This document shows, in pieces, positions 7,639 through 17,838 of a DNA stretch of 33,490 nt. The stretch spans positions 1 to 33,490 of the forward strand of contig DRQV01000070.1 in the NCBI GenBank assembly GCA_011371325.1, read 5' to 3'. The translations under genes were made by a program, and so were the position numbers. Source of the DNA: Thioploca sp. (lineage in GTDB: Bacteria; Pseudomonadota; Gammaproteobacteria; Beggiatoales; Beggiatoaceae). Position 1 is the stretch's first letter. Each line of letters opens with the position of its first letter. The notes beneath the pieces were generated by a model. The model did no database searches. It was not told the DNA's origin and saw only the letters and a program-made list of their open reading frames with translations.

Positions 7639-9378
7639 ATGTCACAATATCGGATTTGTCCTGACACTGGATTATATTTTGACCGTGCTGGTGAAGGTCT
7701 TATGAAGGCCAATGCAGTAGCAGGTGTAGTTGCTCTACTAGTTGCCGGTGTACTTGCTCTATTAGTTGGTTTAACTAGATGGCCAGCTATTCATTATTTA
7801 GGAGCATCTGATTTTTATATGGTTCTGACCGCTCATGGTCTTAATGCTTTGATTTTTTGGATAATATTTTTTGAAATAGCAATTTTATATTTCGCTTCTT
7901 CAAGTTTATTAAGATGTAGATTAGCAACTCCACGCTGGGCCTGGTTAGGATTTATATTAATGTTAATCGGTGCAATTATGACCAACGTTGCTATTTTTCA
8001 AGGTAGTTCCAGCGTAATGATGACCTCTTATGCACCTATGGAAGCAGCCCCTCATTTTTATTTAGGGTTAATTCTATTTGCAGTTGGAGCATTGATTGGT
8101 TGTTTTGTATTCTTAGGCACATTGGTAATTGCTAAAGAAGAACATACTTATGAAGGTTCTATACCCTTAGTAACATTTGGAGCATTGACCGCTTGCATTA
8201 TCGCTGTATTTACTATCGCTTCAGGTGCTATTATCTTGATTCCTAGCTTTTTATGGTCAATAGACCTAATTGGTCAGATTGATGCTCTAATGTATCGAGT
8301 AATCTGGTGGGGAATGGGACATAGCTCACAACAAATTAATGTAGCAGCTCAGGTATCAGTTTGGTATGCAGTAGCAGCTATTGCATTCGGTGCTAAACCA
8401 ATGTCAGAAAAAGTGAGTCGGACAGCATTTTTATTGTATATCTTATTCTTGCAATTAGCATCTGCCCATCATATTTTAGCTGATCCTGGTGTTAGTTCAA
8501 CTTGGAAGGTATTCAATACTAGTTATGCTATGTACCTTGCTGTATTAGCTAGTTTAATTCATGGTTTAACCGTACCTGGTTCTATCGAAGTTGCTCAACG
8601 TAAAAAAGGCCTGACTAATGGTCTGTTTGAATGGTTACGCAAAGCACCTTGGGGCAATCCAGTGTTCTCAGGGGTATTTTTATCAGTAGTAACTTTTGGA
8701 TTCTTAGGTGGAATTACTGGTGTAGTTATGGGAACTGAACAAATTAACTTGATCATCCATAATACTTTCTACGTACCAGGACATTTCCATGCTACCGTTG
8801 TGCTTGGAACTACCTTAACATTTATGGCTTTGACTTATTTCTTGATTCCGGTTTTATTCCGCCGAGAAATGATTTTGCCGGGTTTAGCCAAATGGCAACC
8901 ATATTTATTTGCTGGTGGTATGACTATCTTATCCTTATTTATGATGGGTGCTGGTACTTTAGGTGTGCCACGTAGACATTGGGATATTGGATTTGCCCAA
9001 GCTACTGAAATGGGATTAAAATTTGAATTCCCTGGTAGTGCAGAAATGATGTTAGGTTTAGTTGGTATTGGTTCTGTTATTGCTGTTATCGGTGGTGGTT
9101 TATACTTAGTGATTACTGTTGGTTCTATAGTATTCGGTAAGAAAATTGAAGAATCTGCCGGTTTAATGCAAAGCTTTGGTTTGCCATTAGCAGCTTCTTG
9201 TTATACTTCTGAAAAACCAGAGCCAGTCAAAGGCCCTGCTGCTGATTTGGAAGAACATGGTTCAGCTGGATTTGAAGCTCCAGGAACTTTTGTGTTAGCA
9301 ATGGTATTATTAGTAACCTTCGTAGTTTACTACTTTATTAACTGGAAATATTTATCTTCAGTTTGGCCAATGGGCTAG
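7639..9378 (+). CDS. Heme-copper superfamily subunit I, probable eNOR-type nitric oxide reductase
   Basis: Six His ligands present (H66 LTAHG, H228, H277/H278 SAHH, H382/H384 PGHFH) with ba3-like spacing, but helix VI reads GHSSQQ instead of GHPxVY, so Gln232 replaces the cross-linked Tyr. Adjacent to ctaA and an FNR-type box. Superfamily is clear; the eNOR subfamily is inferred. Confidence 0.82.
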   Translation: MSQYRICPDTGLYFDRAGEGLMKANAVAGVVALLVAGVLALLVGLTRWPAIHYLGASDFYMVLTAHGLNALIFWIIFFEIAILYFASSSLLRCRLATPRWAWLGFILMLIGAIMTNVAIFQGSSSVMMTSYAPMEAAPHFYLGLILFAVGALIGCFVFLGTLVIAKEEHTYEGSIPLVTFGALTACIIAVFTIASGAIILIPSFLWSIDLIGQIDALMYRVIWWGMGHSSQQINVAAQVSVWYAVAAIAFGAKPMSEKVSRTAFLLYILFLQLASAHHILADPGVSSTWKVFNTSYAMYLAVLASLIHGLTVPGSIEVAQRKKGLTNGLFEWLRKAPWGNPVFSGVFLSVVTFGFLGGITGVVMGTEQINLIIHNTFYVPGHFHATVVLGTTLTFMALTYFLIPVLFRREMILPGLAKWQPYLFAGGMTILSLFMMGAGTLGVPRRHWDIGFAQATEMGLKFEFPGSAEMMLGLVGIGSVIAVIGGGLYLVITVGSIVFGKKIEESAGLMQSFGLPLAASCYTSEKPEPVKGPAADLEEHGSAGFEAPGTFVLAMVLLVTFVVYYFINWKYLSSVWPMG

Positions 9379-9393
9379 ATTACTGATGGTTTG

Positions 9394-9415
9394 GGGCGAA
9401 CTTGTTCGCCCTTTT
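9394..9415. terminator. Intrinsic terminator hairpin between subunit I and serC
   Basis: GGGCGAAC-TT-GTTCGCCC followed by TTTT, between convergent genes. Confidence 0.75.
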
Positions 9416-9419
9416 AATA

Positions 9420-10502
9420 TTAACCGTTTCGTGTTGCAAAATCAGTCATAAAATCAACTAATGCCTGTACCCCTTCTTCTGGCATAGCATTGTAAATACT
9501 AGCACGCATTCCACCCACCGAACGATGTCCCGCCAAAGTAACTAAACCAGCTTGTTTAGCCTCTTCTAAAAAAGTTTTATTTAAATCTGGATTAGCTAAA
9601 GTAAATGGTACATTCATTTTAGAACGATATTTACGTACTACTGGATTATCATAAAAATCATTATCATCAATAGTAGAATATAATAAATTAGCTTTACGTT
9701 TATTACGTTCAGTCATTACCTCTATCCCACCCAATTCTTTCAACCATTTAAATACTAAACCAGCTAAATACCAAGCATAAGTCGGTGGAGTATTATACAT
9801 AGAATTTGCTTTAGCGTGAGCTTGATAAGTTGCCATAGTAGGAATTTTTGGCATAGCCTCACCGATTAAATCTTCTCGTATAATTACAATAGTCACACCA
9901 GCTGGACCAACATTTTTTTGAGCTCCGGCATATATCAAACCAAATTTAGATATATCAAATGGTTGGGATAAAATTATTGAAGACATGTCAGCTATTAAAG
10001 GCTTATCACCAACATCAGGAATACCATGGAATTTTAAGCCATTAATAGTTTCATTTGGTGTGTAGTGAACATAAGCAGCATTTGGGTCAAATCGCCATTC
10101 ATCAGCTTTAGCAATCGTGGTAAATTTATTATCCTCGGAACTAGAAACGATGTTTACTTTACAGAATTTACTAGCTTCAGCAATCGCTTTTTTAGACCAA
10201 ATTCCAGTGTTAAAATAATCAGCTTGCTGTTTATCTCCCAATAAATTTATTGGAATCATACTAAATTGATTACTAGCTCCGCCTTGTAAAAATAGTATTT
10301 TGTAATTATTGGGAATATTTAATAGTTCTCGCAAATCAGCTTGAGCTTGTTCTGCGATTGACATAAATTCCTTACCACGATGACTCATTTCCATTACCGA
10401 CATGCCAGTACCTTGCCAATCAAGCATTTCAGCTTGGGCTTGTTCTAAGACGGCATTTGGCAACATTGCAGGACCAGCACTAAAATTAAAAACTTGTGAC
10501 AT
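9420..10502 (-). CDS. serC: Phosphoserine aminotransferase
   Basis: FNFSAGPAMLP, EMSHRG, FLQGGA, NETING, ADMSS, YAGAQKNVGPAG (PLP Lys), YNTPP, GHRSVGGMRASIYNAM. Confidence 0.98.
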   Translation of the reverse strand: MSQVFNFSAGPAMLPNAVLEQAQAEMLDWQGTGMSVMEMSHRGKEFMSIAEQAQADLRELLNIPNNYKILFLQGGASNQFSMIPINLLGDKQQADYFNTGIWSKKAIAEASKFCKVNIVSSSEDNKFTTIAKADEWRFDPNAAYVHYTPNETINGLKFHGIPDVGDKPLIADMSSIILSQPFDISKFGLIYAGAQKNVGPAGVTIVIIREDLIGEAMPKIPTMATYQAHAKANSMYNTPPTYAWYLAGLVFKWLKELGGIEVMTERNKRKANLLYSTIDDNDFYDNPVVRKYRSKMNVPFTLANPDLNKTFLEEAKQAGLVTLAGHRSVGGMRASIYNAMPEEGVQALVDFMTDFATRNG

Positions 10503-10511
10503 ACAATTACC

Positions 10512-11297
10512 TTATGGATTTTTATAGCATTTATTTGCTTGTTTATATTCTAAATATTCTTGATGTAACGATTCATTCCAATCTTTATCAGTAACATCCC
10601 AATCTCTAGCCCAATAAATAAAAATAGTATCAACTAGAGCAATTATAACCTTAAATACATATTTTGTGAAACCTAAATAGATTGCATGGACAATTCCAAC
10701 GATCGGCCCCCACACGATTGTAGTATACAATAAAGTATCAAGAGCTTGAGAAGTTATTGTAGAAGCATTGTTTCTAAGCCATAGATGACGACCTTGAGTT
10801 TTTTCCTTTATATAATGAAATATCCAAACATCAAAGCTTTGAGTAACTAAATAAGATAACAAGGAACCAAAAACAAAGAGGGGAGTAAAATTAAATATAG
10901 TTGCAATTGCATTATGAACTAGTTCAGCATTTTTTGTCTCTGAAGGTAAAAACATTAAACTAGCATAAATCATTACTACCATAATTATGCTGGCAGCAAA
11001 TCCTAATAATACAGCTCGTTGACCTTCTCGGCGACCATATTTTTCACTTAATAAATCGGTAGCAAAGTAGATTCCAGAATATAAAATTACACCTAAACTA
11101 GTTTCCATACCAAATATTACTGTCAGTTTAGGTCCTTGAAAGTTACTTAACATGATGTTAAGTATTACAATAGAATACAGCCCCATCTTTCCAAATAGTC
11201 GATATAGTAGCAATGTGACGGATAAATCAACAGAGACAATCAATACCCACAATAAATCTTGGTGTGTTGCAAAAAAATTCTCAATAGGTAATGGCAT
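10512..11297 (-). CDS. Queuosine precursor transporter (YhhQ/VUT family)
   Basis: Multi-TM protein with YFATDLLSEKYG, SYLVTQSFDVWIF and LWLRNNASTITSQALDT motifs. Confidence 0.85.
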   Translation of the reverse strand: MPLPIENFFATHQDLLWVLIVSVDLSVTLLLYRLFGKMGLYSIVILNIMLSNFQGPKLTVIFGMETSLGVILYSGIYFATDLLSEKYGRREGQRAVLLGFAASIIMVVMIYASLMFLPSETKNAELVHNAIATIFNFTPLFVFGSLLSYLVTQSFDVWIFHYIKEKTQGRHLWLRNNASTITSQALDTLLYTTIVWGPIVGIVHAIYLGFTKYVFKVIIALVDTIFIYWARDWDVTDKDWNESLHQEYLEYKQANKCYKNP

Positions 11298-11710
11298 TTT
11301 TTAGTCCATCTACAAGTGGGTGTATATAAATCTACCAAACTATGCAAATACTATAAAAAGTTAATAATAGGTAATTGACAAAAATATGCCAAAGTTGAGT
11401 AATTGACATCACAGATGTAGATAATCTTAGCCATGTAATTATATTTTATAAATTTAAAGCAAAAGTCCAACTAAAAATTTAATTAAATTATAACAATCAA
11501 GTCCAATATCTAGCTACAAGTATTACATATGTCAATACTATCTATTATATAATAAAACCATTGAAGACACAAATCAATTATTTATATAATATAGTTATTT
11601 ATACTAGATTTTTTCTAGTTAAATTGGTTAAAATATAAAATATATTATAATTTATAAATTAGCCAATTAAGACTAAAACTTAAGTCCATTACAAATATAC
11701 TTGTCAAGTA

Positions 11711-11738
11711 TTGAAACAGCACTATGCCACCCTTATAT
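11711..11738 (+). promoter_or_regulatory. Putative sigma32 (RpoH) heat-shock promoter of htpG
   Basis: TTGAAA-14 bp-CCTTATAT (consensus TTGAAA-N13/14-CCCCATNT), ending 32 bp before htpG, a known RpoH regulon member. Confidence 0.6.
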
Positions 11739-11770
11739 CCCTAGCGTATTGAACTCTTAAGGCTAAATAA

Positions 11771-13705
11771 ATGACTATTGAAACGCATAAGGAAACTTTA
11801 GGTTTCCAAACAGAAGTAAAGCAATTACTTGATTTAATGATACACTCATTATACAGCAATAAGGAAATTTTTTTACGAGAATTAATTTCCAATAGTTCAG
11901 ATGCTGCTGACAAATTACGCTTTGAGGCTATATCAGATGAAGCGTTATATGAAAATGATACTGAACTAAAAATTTGGGTCAATTTTGATAAAGATGCTAA
12001 TACTATTACAGTTCGTGATAATGGTATTGGTATGTCACGTGAAGAAGTAATAGAAAACGTTGGTACTATTGCCAAATCTGGAACTAAAGAATTTTTTCAA
12101 TCTCTTACTGGTGATAAAGCTAAAGATACTCAGTTAATTGGTCAATTTGGTGTAGGTTTTTATTCATCATTTATTGTTGCTGATAAGGTTACTTTAACTA
12201 CTCGTAGAGCTGGTTTAGAGCCTTCACATGGAGTAAGATGGGAGTCTACTGGTGATGGTGAATATGACATTGAAACCATTGAATGTCCAAAACATGGTAC
12301 AGAAATTACGCTACATTTAAGACCTGGTGAGGATGAATTTTTATCGGAATATAGATTACAAAATATTATCAAAAAGTATTCAGATCATATCACATTACCA
12401 ATTGTGATGCCAAAAGTTACTACTGATGAAGAAAAAAATGAAACTACTATTGAAGAAGAAGTAGTTAATACAGCTACAGCATTATGGGCTAGAGCTAAAT
12501 CAGAAATAACAGAAGAGGAATATACCGAATTTTATAAGCATGTAGCTCATGATTTTGAAGCTCCTTTAACTTATATTCATAATAAAGTTGAAGGTAAAAA
12601 TGAATACACTACCTTGTTATTTATTCCAGCTCGTGCTCCGTTTGACCTGTGGGATCGCAATAATCGGCATGGGGTAAAGTTATATGTACGGCGCATATTT
12701 ATCATGGATGATGATGAAAAACTGTTACCGCCTTATTTGCGTTTTATGCGCGGTGTAATTGACAGTAACGATTTGCCACTAAATATTTCTCGAGAAATAT
12801 TACAGCACAATAAACAAATTGATGCAATTCGTTCTGGAACAGTAAAGAAAATCCTTAGTGCGTTAGAAAATTTGGCAAAAAATGAGCCTGAAAAATATAC
12901 GACTTTTTGGACTCAATTTGGTAAGGTAATTAAAGAAGGTGTGATTGATGATTCTGGTAATAGGGAACGTATTGCTAAATTGTTACGCTTCTCTACTACT
13001 TATGATGACAATACCACTCAAGCTATTGGATTAGAAGATTATGTAGGACGTATGAAAGAAGGGCAGGAAAAAATCTATTATATCACTGCCGAAAACTTTT
13101 CTGCTGCTAAAAATAGTCCTCATTTGGAAATTTTCCGTAAAAAGAATATTGAAGTTTTGCTGTTATCTGAACAGATAGATGAATGGTTAGGTTCACATCT
13201 AACTGAATTTGATGGTAAAAAACTCCAATCTATCACTAAAGGTGAATTAGATTTAGGTGGTTTAGAAAATGAAGAAGAAAAACAAGAAGTTGAAAAAGCT
13301 TCTGATACTTTAAAGCCGTTATTAGAAAAAATTAAAACTATTTTAGAAGCAAAAGTTAGTGAAGTTCGTGTTACTTATCGATTAACTTCTTCACCAGCAT
13401 GTTTAGTGGCGGATGCCAATGCTATGGATGCCAGTTTGGAGCGTTTACTTAAATCTTCTGGTCAGAATTTTGGTGGAGGTAGTAAGCCAATTTTAGAAGT
13501 AAATCCTCAACATCCAATTGTAATTGCTATACAAGAAGAAAAAGATGAAGAACGTTTTAAAAATTGGGTATTGACTCTATTTGATCAGGCTTTGCTAAGT
13601 GAAGGTGGACAATTAGATGATCCTAGTATTTTTGTGAAGCGTATCAATGATATGTTTATATCCATGGGTAATTTATCTTCTTCACGAATTATTACTTCTG
13701 ATTAG
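11771..13705 (+). CDS. htpG: Molecular chaperone HtpG (Hsp90)
   Basis: [65 protein letters not shown]. Confidence 0.99.
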   Translation: MTIETHKETLGFQTEVKQLLDLMIHSLYSNKEIFLRELISNSSDAADKLRFEAISDEALYENDTELKIWVNFDKDANTITVRDNGIGMSREEVIENVGTIAKSGTKEFFQSLTGDKAKDTQLIGQFGVGFYSSFIVADKVTLTTRRAGLEPSHGVRWESTGDGEYDIETIECPKHGTEITLHLRPGEDEFLSEYRLQNIIKKYSDHITLPIVMPKVTTDEEKNETTIEEEVVNTATALWARAKSEITEEEYTEFYKHVAHDFEAPLTYIHNKVEGKNEYTTLLFIPARAPFDLWDRNNRHGVKLYVRRIFIMDDDEKLLPPYLRFMRGVIDSNDLPLNISREILQHNKQIDAIRSGTVKKILSALENLAKNEPEKYTTFWTQFGKVIKEGVIDDSGNRERIAKLLRFSTTYDDNTTQAIGLEDYVGRMKEGQEKIYYITAENFSAAKNSPHLEIFRKKNIEVLLLSEQIDEWLGSHLTEFDGKKLQSITKGELDLGGLENEEEKQEVEKASDTLKPLLEKIKTILEAKVSEVRVTYRLTSSPACLVADANAMDASLERLLKSSGQNFGGGSKPILEVNPQHPIVIAIQEEKDEERFKNWVLTLFDQALLSEGGQLDDPSIFVKRINDMFISMGNLSSSRIITSD

Positions 13706-14042
13706 TTTTAATATTATAAATAAAATTGTATATATTATTTAATGTAATTATAAGCTAAAATTGGTTGGCTGATTGACTTTACTAATCTTTGCCAACCATA
13801 TAACAGGATCATAAAATTAGTATTATGCTAATTTTGTAACAAATACGTCATTTTAATACTCACTTCGTTAATTTTATCTCAACAAACCTTCTATTTGCAA
13901 GAAGCCATTCTTTGGAATCAAAGTTTTATCACGTTCTAATAACTCCTTTATAGTCATCTAATTACTTGTCATGTTTAATTGTTTGCTAAACGTATAGCTA
14001 TTCCATAATGGTATAATCTAAAATTATCTAAAGGAATTTATA

Positions 14043-17000
14043 ATGAAATATCTAGTTTTTATTTTTTTATCCACTGTGATTATAGCATCTGATATTGATA
14101 AATTACATAATGATGCTAAACAAGCCTTCTTTAAAACTGATTATATAACCGCTATAGAAAATTGGCAATTAGCATTAGATTATGCACGTCAACTTAATAA
14201 TAAAGCTGATATTAGTAAGTTTTTGGTTAATTTAGGTACTGTTAATTATAATATTGGCAAATATAAAGTAGCTTTACAGTATTATCAGCAAGCTGTGATT
14301 ATAGATAAAGAATTAAATGATAAAAATGGTCAAAGTGCAGATTATAATTACTTAGGTTTAATTTACTATCAATTACAAAATTATTCGGCAGCGATAGAAA
14401 ACTATCAAATTGCTTTGACATTACAGGCAGAACTTAATATCAATCAAAATGATACTCTTAATAATATTGCTATAGCCTATGACAATATGGGGGAATATGA
14501 AACAGCGATAACTTATTATCAACAAGCTCTATCATTAAATTTAGATACAACTATTAAAACTGCCAATGTTCTTTCTAATCTTGGAGTTGCATATAAAAAT
14601 CTTAGCAATTATCCAGAAGCTTTAAAATATTTTCAGCAAGCATTAGATATAGCTAATCAAATAGATGATAAAACAGTTATAGCTAATAATCTCAATAATA
14701 TAGGTACTGTATACGATAGTTTAGGACAGTATCATACTGCAATTGAATACTATCGACAATCGATGCAGACAGATAATTCTCTAATAGCTAGTAATTTAGT
14801 CAATATTGGGATTAGTTATGATAATATTGGAGAACATCAGCAAGCTTTAACTAGTCTTCAGAAAGCTTTGAAAATTCAATCAAGAGATAAATATAGTATT
14901 GCTAATAACCTATCTAATATTGGAATTGTCTATAAAAATTTAGGTAATTTCACTAAAGCGATTGACTATTATCAACAAGCTTTAACTATCCAAACTGAGA
15001 TTGGAGATAAACGTGGTGAAGCTAATAGTCTGACTAATCTAGCAATTGTCTATGATTTATTTGGGCAGTATGCTAAAGCTTTAGAACATTATCTAGTCGC
15101 TTTAGATATACAACGTGCTACTGGTGATAAGCTAAGAATAGCTAATAATCTTAGTAATATTGGAGTACTTTATTATAATTTAGGTCAAACTAAAAACGCT
15201 ATTGGTTATTTTCTTCAGGCTTTAACAATTCGTAATAATATTAATGATAAACATGGAAAAGCTGTTGATTTATCTAATCTTGGGGTAGCTTATGATAATT
15301 TAAGTTTGCGTACTAAAGCAATTAAATCTTATCAAACTGCTTTGGCTATCAGACGTACTATTGGAGATAGACGTGGAGAAGCAATTGATTTAGCCAATCT
15401 TGCCGCTACTTATGCTAATAAAAAACAATACATACAAGCTTTAGAATATTTACAAGCTACATTAATAATAGATCAAGAATTGGATAATCAAGTTGCTATA
15501 GCAATAACTCAAGCTAATCTTGGTCTTATCTATCATCAGCTTGGTAATGATGAACTAGCTCATACTAACCTGCAAACTAGTGTGGCAAAATTAACTACTT
15601 TAAATACTAATAATCTATGGTATGCTCAACGTGGTTTGGCGATTATTGAAACTGCATTAAATAATAATTTGACCGCAATTAACAGTTATGAAGCAGCTAT
15701 AACTCATATAGAAACTTTACGAACCAATCTGACCAATAAACAAGCTAAATTGTCTTTTATTCAAGATAAATTATATGTATATGATGAATATATTGCTTTA
15801 TTGTATGCTATGCACATTAAATATCCGACTCAAAATTATGATCAAAGAGCCTTAGAAGTTTTTGAACGTAAACAGGGCCGGGTATTTTTAGAAGAAATCG
15901 GTAAAAGTGGAGCTAGTAGATTTGCTCGTTTACCAGCCGAAATTAAGCAACAAGAACAACTTATTACTGATAAGATAACTCAATTACAATTAAGAAAAGG
16001 TTCACAAACAGTTCTGCGAGAAATAGCTAATTTACGTTCTGAACAACGAATTTTACAACAAGAAATAAAAGTTAAATATCCAGATTATTATGCTTTAAAA
16101 TATCCACAACCAGTGAGTTTAAATGTATTACAACAAACTTTAAATGATGACGAACTAATGTTAATTTACGCAGTGATGGAAAAAGATACTATATTATGGG
16201 TTATTGGAAGTCAACAATTTAATATGTTTAGTTTATCTTTGGGGATTAATCGTGTAAATGAAAGTGTTAATTATATGCGAGATGTCATCCTCAATCGATT
16301 GCCAGAGATTGTAGATGAAGGCTATCCACTATATCAAAAATTATTACCTAAAATTGTTCAAAAATTATTAGTTAAAGCCAAAACTATTTATATAGTACCA
16401 ACTGGAGCCTTATATGCACTACCTTTTGAAAGTTTAGTAACAAATGTTGACGAACATAAAAAACCAAATTATTTTATTCAAAATCATGCTATTGTATATT
16501 TATCCTCAGCTTCTGTGCTAAAAGTATTACGTAATAAACAACATAAAATTACTCCAACTAAAAAATTATTAGCTTTTGCTGATCCTGCTTATATGGAGTG
16601 TAATGAAGATACTGATGATAGATCGGTACTTAAATCTCCTACTCTTAATCGGTTACGAGATAATTCCTATCGTGAAGTAATGGGAGCTGTTTGTTTTCCA
16701 CGTTTACCAGAAACGGCGAATGAAGCTAAATCTATTGCGGCATTTTTTGCTACCGAAGATAGTGCATTATACTTAGGTCAACAAGCAAATAAAACGACCA
16801 TATTTAATTTAAATAAAACTGGTAAAATGGCAGATTATCGATATTTACTGTTTGCATTACATGGATTATTACCAAATGAAATTAAAGGATTAGCCCAATC
16901 ATCATTAGTATTGGCGGATGCCCAAAATAATAGTTATTTGACTATGGCCGATACCTTTAGTTTACGTTTAAATGCTGACTTTATTAATTTATCAGCTTGT

Positions 17001-17288
17001 AATACCGGTGGTGGTAAGAAAGTAAAAGGTGAAGGAATTTTAGGTTTAACTCAAGCATTTATGTATGCTGGAACTAAAGCTATTGGGGTAACTTTGTGGT
17101 CAGTGGAATCAGTTTCAGCCGAGAATTTGAGTGTAGGTATTTTTGCTAATCTTAAGGATGGCAAAACTACAGCAGAAGCTATTCGTAAGATCAAATTAAA
17201 AATGATAGCCGGCCAAGCAAAGCAACCTCATTATCGTCACCCGTTTTACTGGGCTCCTTTTGTTTTGTATGGTGATGGTAATAAATGA
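14043..17288 (+). CDS. TPR-repeat CHAT-domain (caspase-like) protease with possible signal peptide
   Basis: About 12-13 TPR-like units (ANNLSNIG.VY..LG....A..YYQQAL); CHAT motifs YIVPTGALYALPFESL, AFADP, LPETANEA, FALHG (H940), LSACNTG (C986), TLWSV, HPFYWAPFVLYG. Confidence 0.92.
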   Translation: MKYLVFIFLSTVIIASDIDKLHNDAKQAFFKTDYITAIENWQLALDYARQLNNKADISKFLVNLGTVNYNIGKYKVALQYYQQAVIIDKELNDKNGQSADYNYLGLIYYQLQNYSAAIENYQIALTLQAELNINQNDTLNNIAIAYDNMGEYETAITYYQQALSLNLDTTIKTANVLSNLGVAYKNLSNYPEALKYFQQALDIANQIDDKTVIANNLNNIGTVYDSLGQYHTAIEYYRQSMQTDNSLIASNLVNIGISYDNIGEHQQALTSLQKALKIQSRDKYSIANNLSNIGIVYKNLGNFTKAIDYYQQALTIQTEIGDKRGEANSLTNLAIVYDLFGQYAKALEHYLVALDIQRATGDKLRIANNLSNIGVLYYNLGQTKNAIGYFLQALTIRNNINDKHGKAVDLSNLGVAYDNLSLRTKAIKSYQTALAIRRTIGDRRGEAIDLANLAATYANKKQYIQALEYLQATLIIDQELDNQVAIAITQANLGLIYHQLGNDELAHTNLQTSVAKLTTLNTNNLWYAQRGLAIIETALNNNLTAINSYEAAITHIETLRTNLTNKQAKLSFIQDKLYVYDEYIALLYAMHIKYPTQNYDQRALEVFERKQGRVFLEEIGKSGASRFARLPAEIKQQEQLITDKITQLQLRKGSQTVLREIANLRSEQRILQQEIKVKYPDYYALKYPQPVSLNVLQQTLNDDELMLIYAVMEKDTILWVIGSQQFNMFSLSLGINRVNESVNYMRDVILNRLPEIVDEGYPLYQKLLPKIVQKLLVKAKTIYIVPTGALYALPFESLVTNVDEHKKPNYFIQNHAIVYLSSASVLKVLRNKQHKITPTKKLLAFADPAYMECNEDTDDRSVLKSPTLNRLRDNSYREVMGAVCFPRLPETANEAKSIAAFFATEDSALYLGQQANKTTIFNLNKTGKMADYRYLLFALHGLLPNEIKGLAQSSLVLADAQNNSYLTMADTFSLRLNADFINLSACNTGGGKKVKGEGILGLTQAFMYAGTKAIGVTLWSVESVSAENLSVGIFANLKDGKTTAEAIRKIKLKMIAGQAKQPHYRHPFYWAPFVLYGDGNK

Positions 17289-17315
17289 TTGGTTAAATGG
17301 AATTACTTTAAATTT

Positions 17316-17768
17316 TTATTTTTTAAATAAACGTTCTTTTTCCCGTTGCCAATCACGATATTTTTCAGTATCTCGTTTATCGTAATCTTTTTTACCTTTA
17401 GCAATGGCTATTTCTAGTTTAGCTCGGCCTTGTTTCCAATACATAGCGATTGGGACTATGGCTTGTCCTTTACGTTCCACTGCTCCGATTAATTTATTTA
17501 ATTCAGAACGATGTAATAATAATTTACGAGTACGTTGAGATTCTGGATGCACATGTGAGGAAGCGGATTCTAATGGAATTATGATTGCTCCTAATAGCCA
17601 GGCTTCCCCATTTTTTAAAATGACGTAAGTGTCACGTAACTGTAAACGTCCAGCTCTTAAACTTTTTACTTCCCAGCCTTCCAATACTAGTCCAGCTTCA
17701 AATCTATCTTGTAAAAAGTAGTCAAATCGGGCTTTTTTATTTAACCCAATAGTATTATTTGCAGTCAT
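17316..17768 (-). CDS. smpB: SsrA-binding protein SmpB
   Basis: [40 protein letters not shown]. Confidence 0.98.
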   Translation of the reverse strand: MTANNTIGLNKKARFDYFLQDRFEAGLVLEGWEVKSLRAGRLQLRDTYVILKNGEAWLLGAIIIPLESASSHVHPESQRTRKLLLHRSELNKLIGAVERKGQAIVPIAMYWKQGRAKLEIAIAKGKKDYDKRDTEKYRDWQREKERLFKK

Positions 17769-17838
17769 TGATCTACCTTGAAATTATTTCCATAAATCCG
17801 ATAAGCTACTTACCAGATTTAAGAAAATTAAAAATAAG

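Noticed and set aside
7639-9378. Annotation as an ordinary ba3/aa3 cytochrome c oxidase subunit I
   Set aside because: The HPxVY motif and its cross-linked Tyr are absent (GHSSQQ), which argues against O2 reductase function.
11298-11460. preQ1 riboswitch upstream of the YhhQ-type transporter
   Set aside because: No preQ1-I stem-loop with an A-rich tail could be seen by eye; an Infernal scan would be needed to exclude it.
13874-13957. 27-aa - strand ORF between htpG and the CHAT gene
   Set aside because: No RBS, no hydrophobic core or motif; expected by chance.
14043-17288. TPR-CHAT as part of a type III-E CRISPR (Craspase) or gasdermin defence system
   Set aside because: No cas genes, repeat-spacer array or effector gene is adjacent; its neighbours are htpG and smpB.
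17289-17838. tmRNA gene or integrated element next to smpB
   Set aside because: The flanking spacers are only 27 and 70 bp; no ssrA ends, integrase or att repeats were seen.
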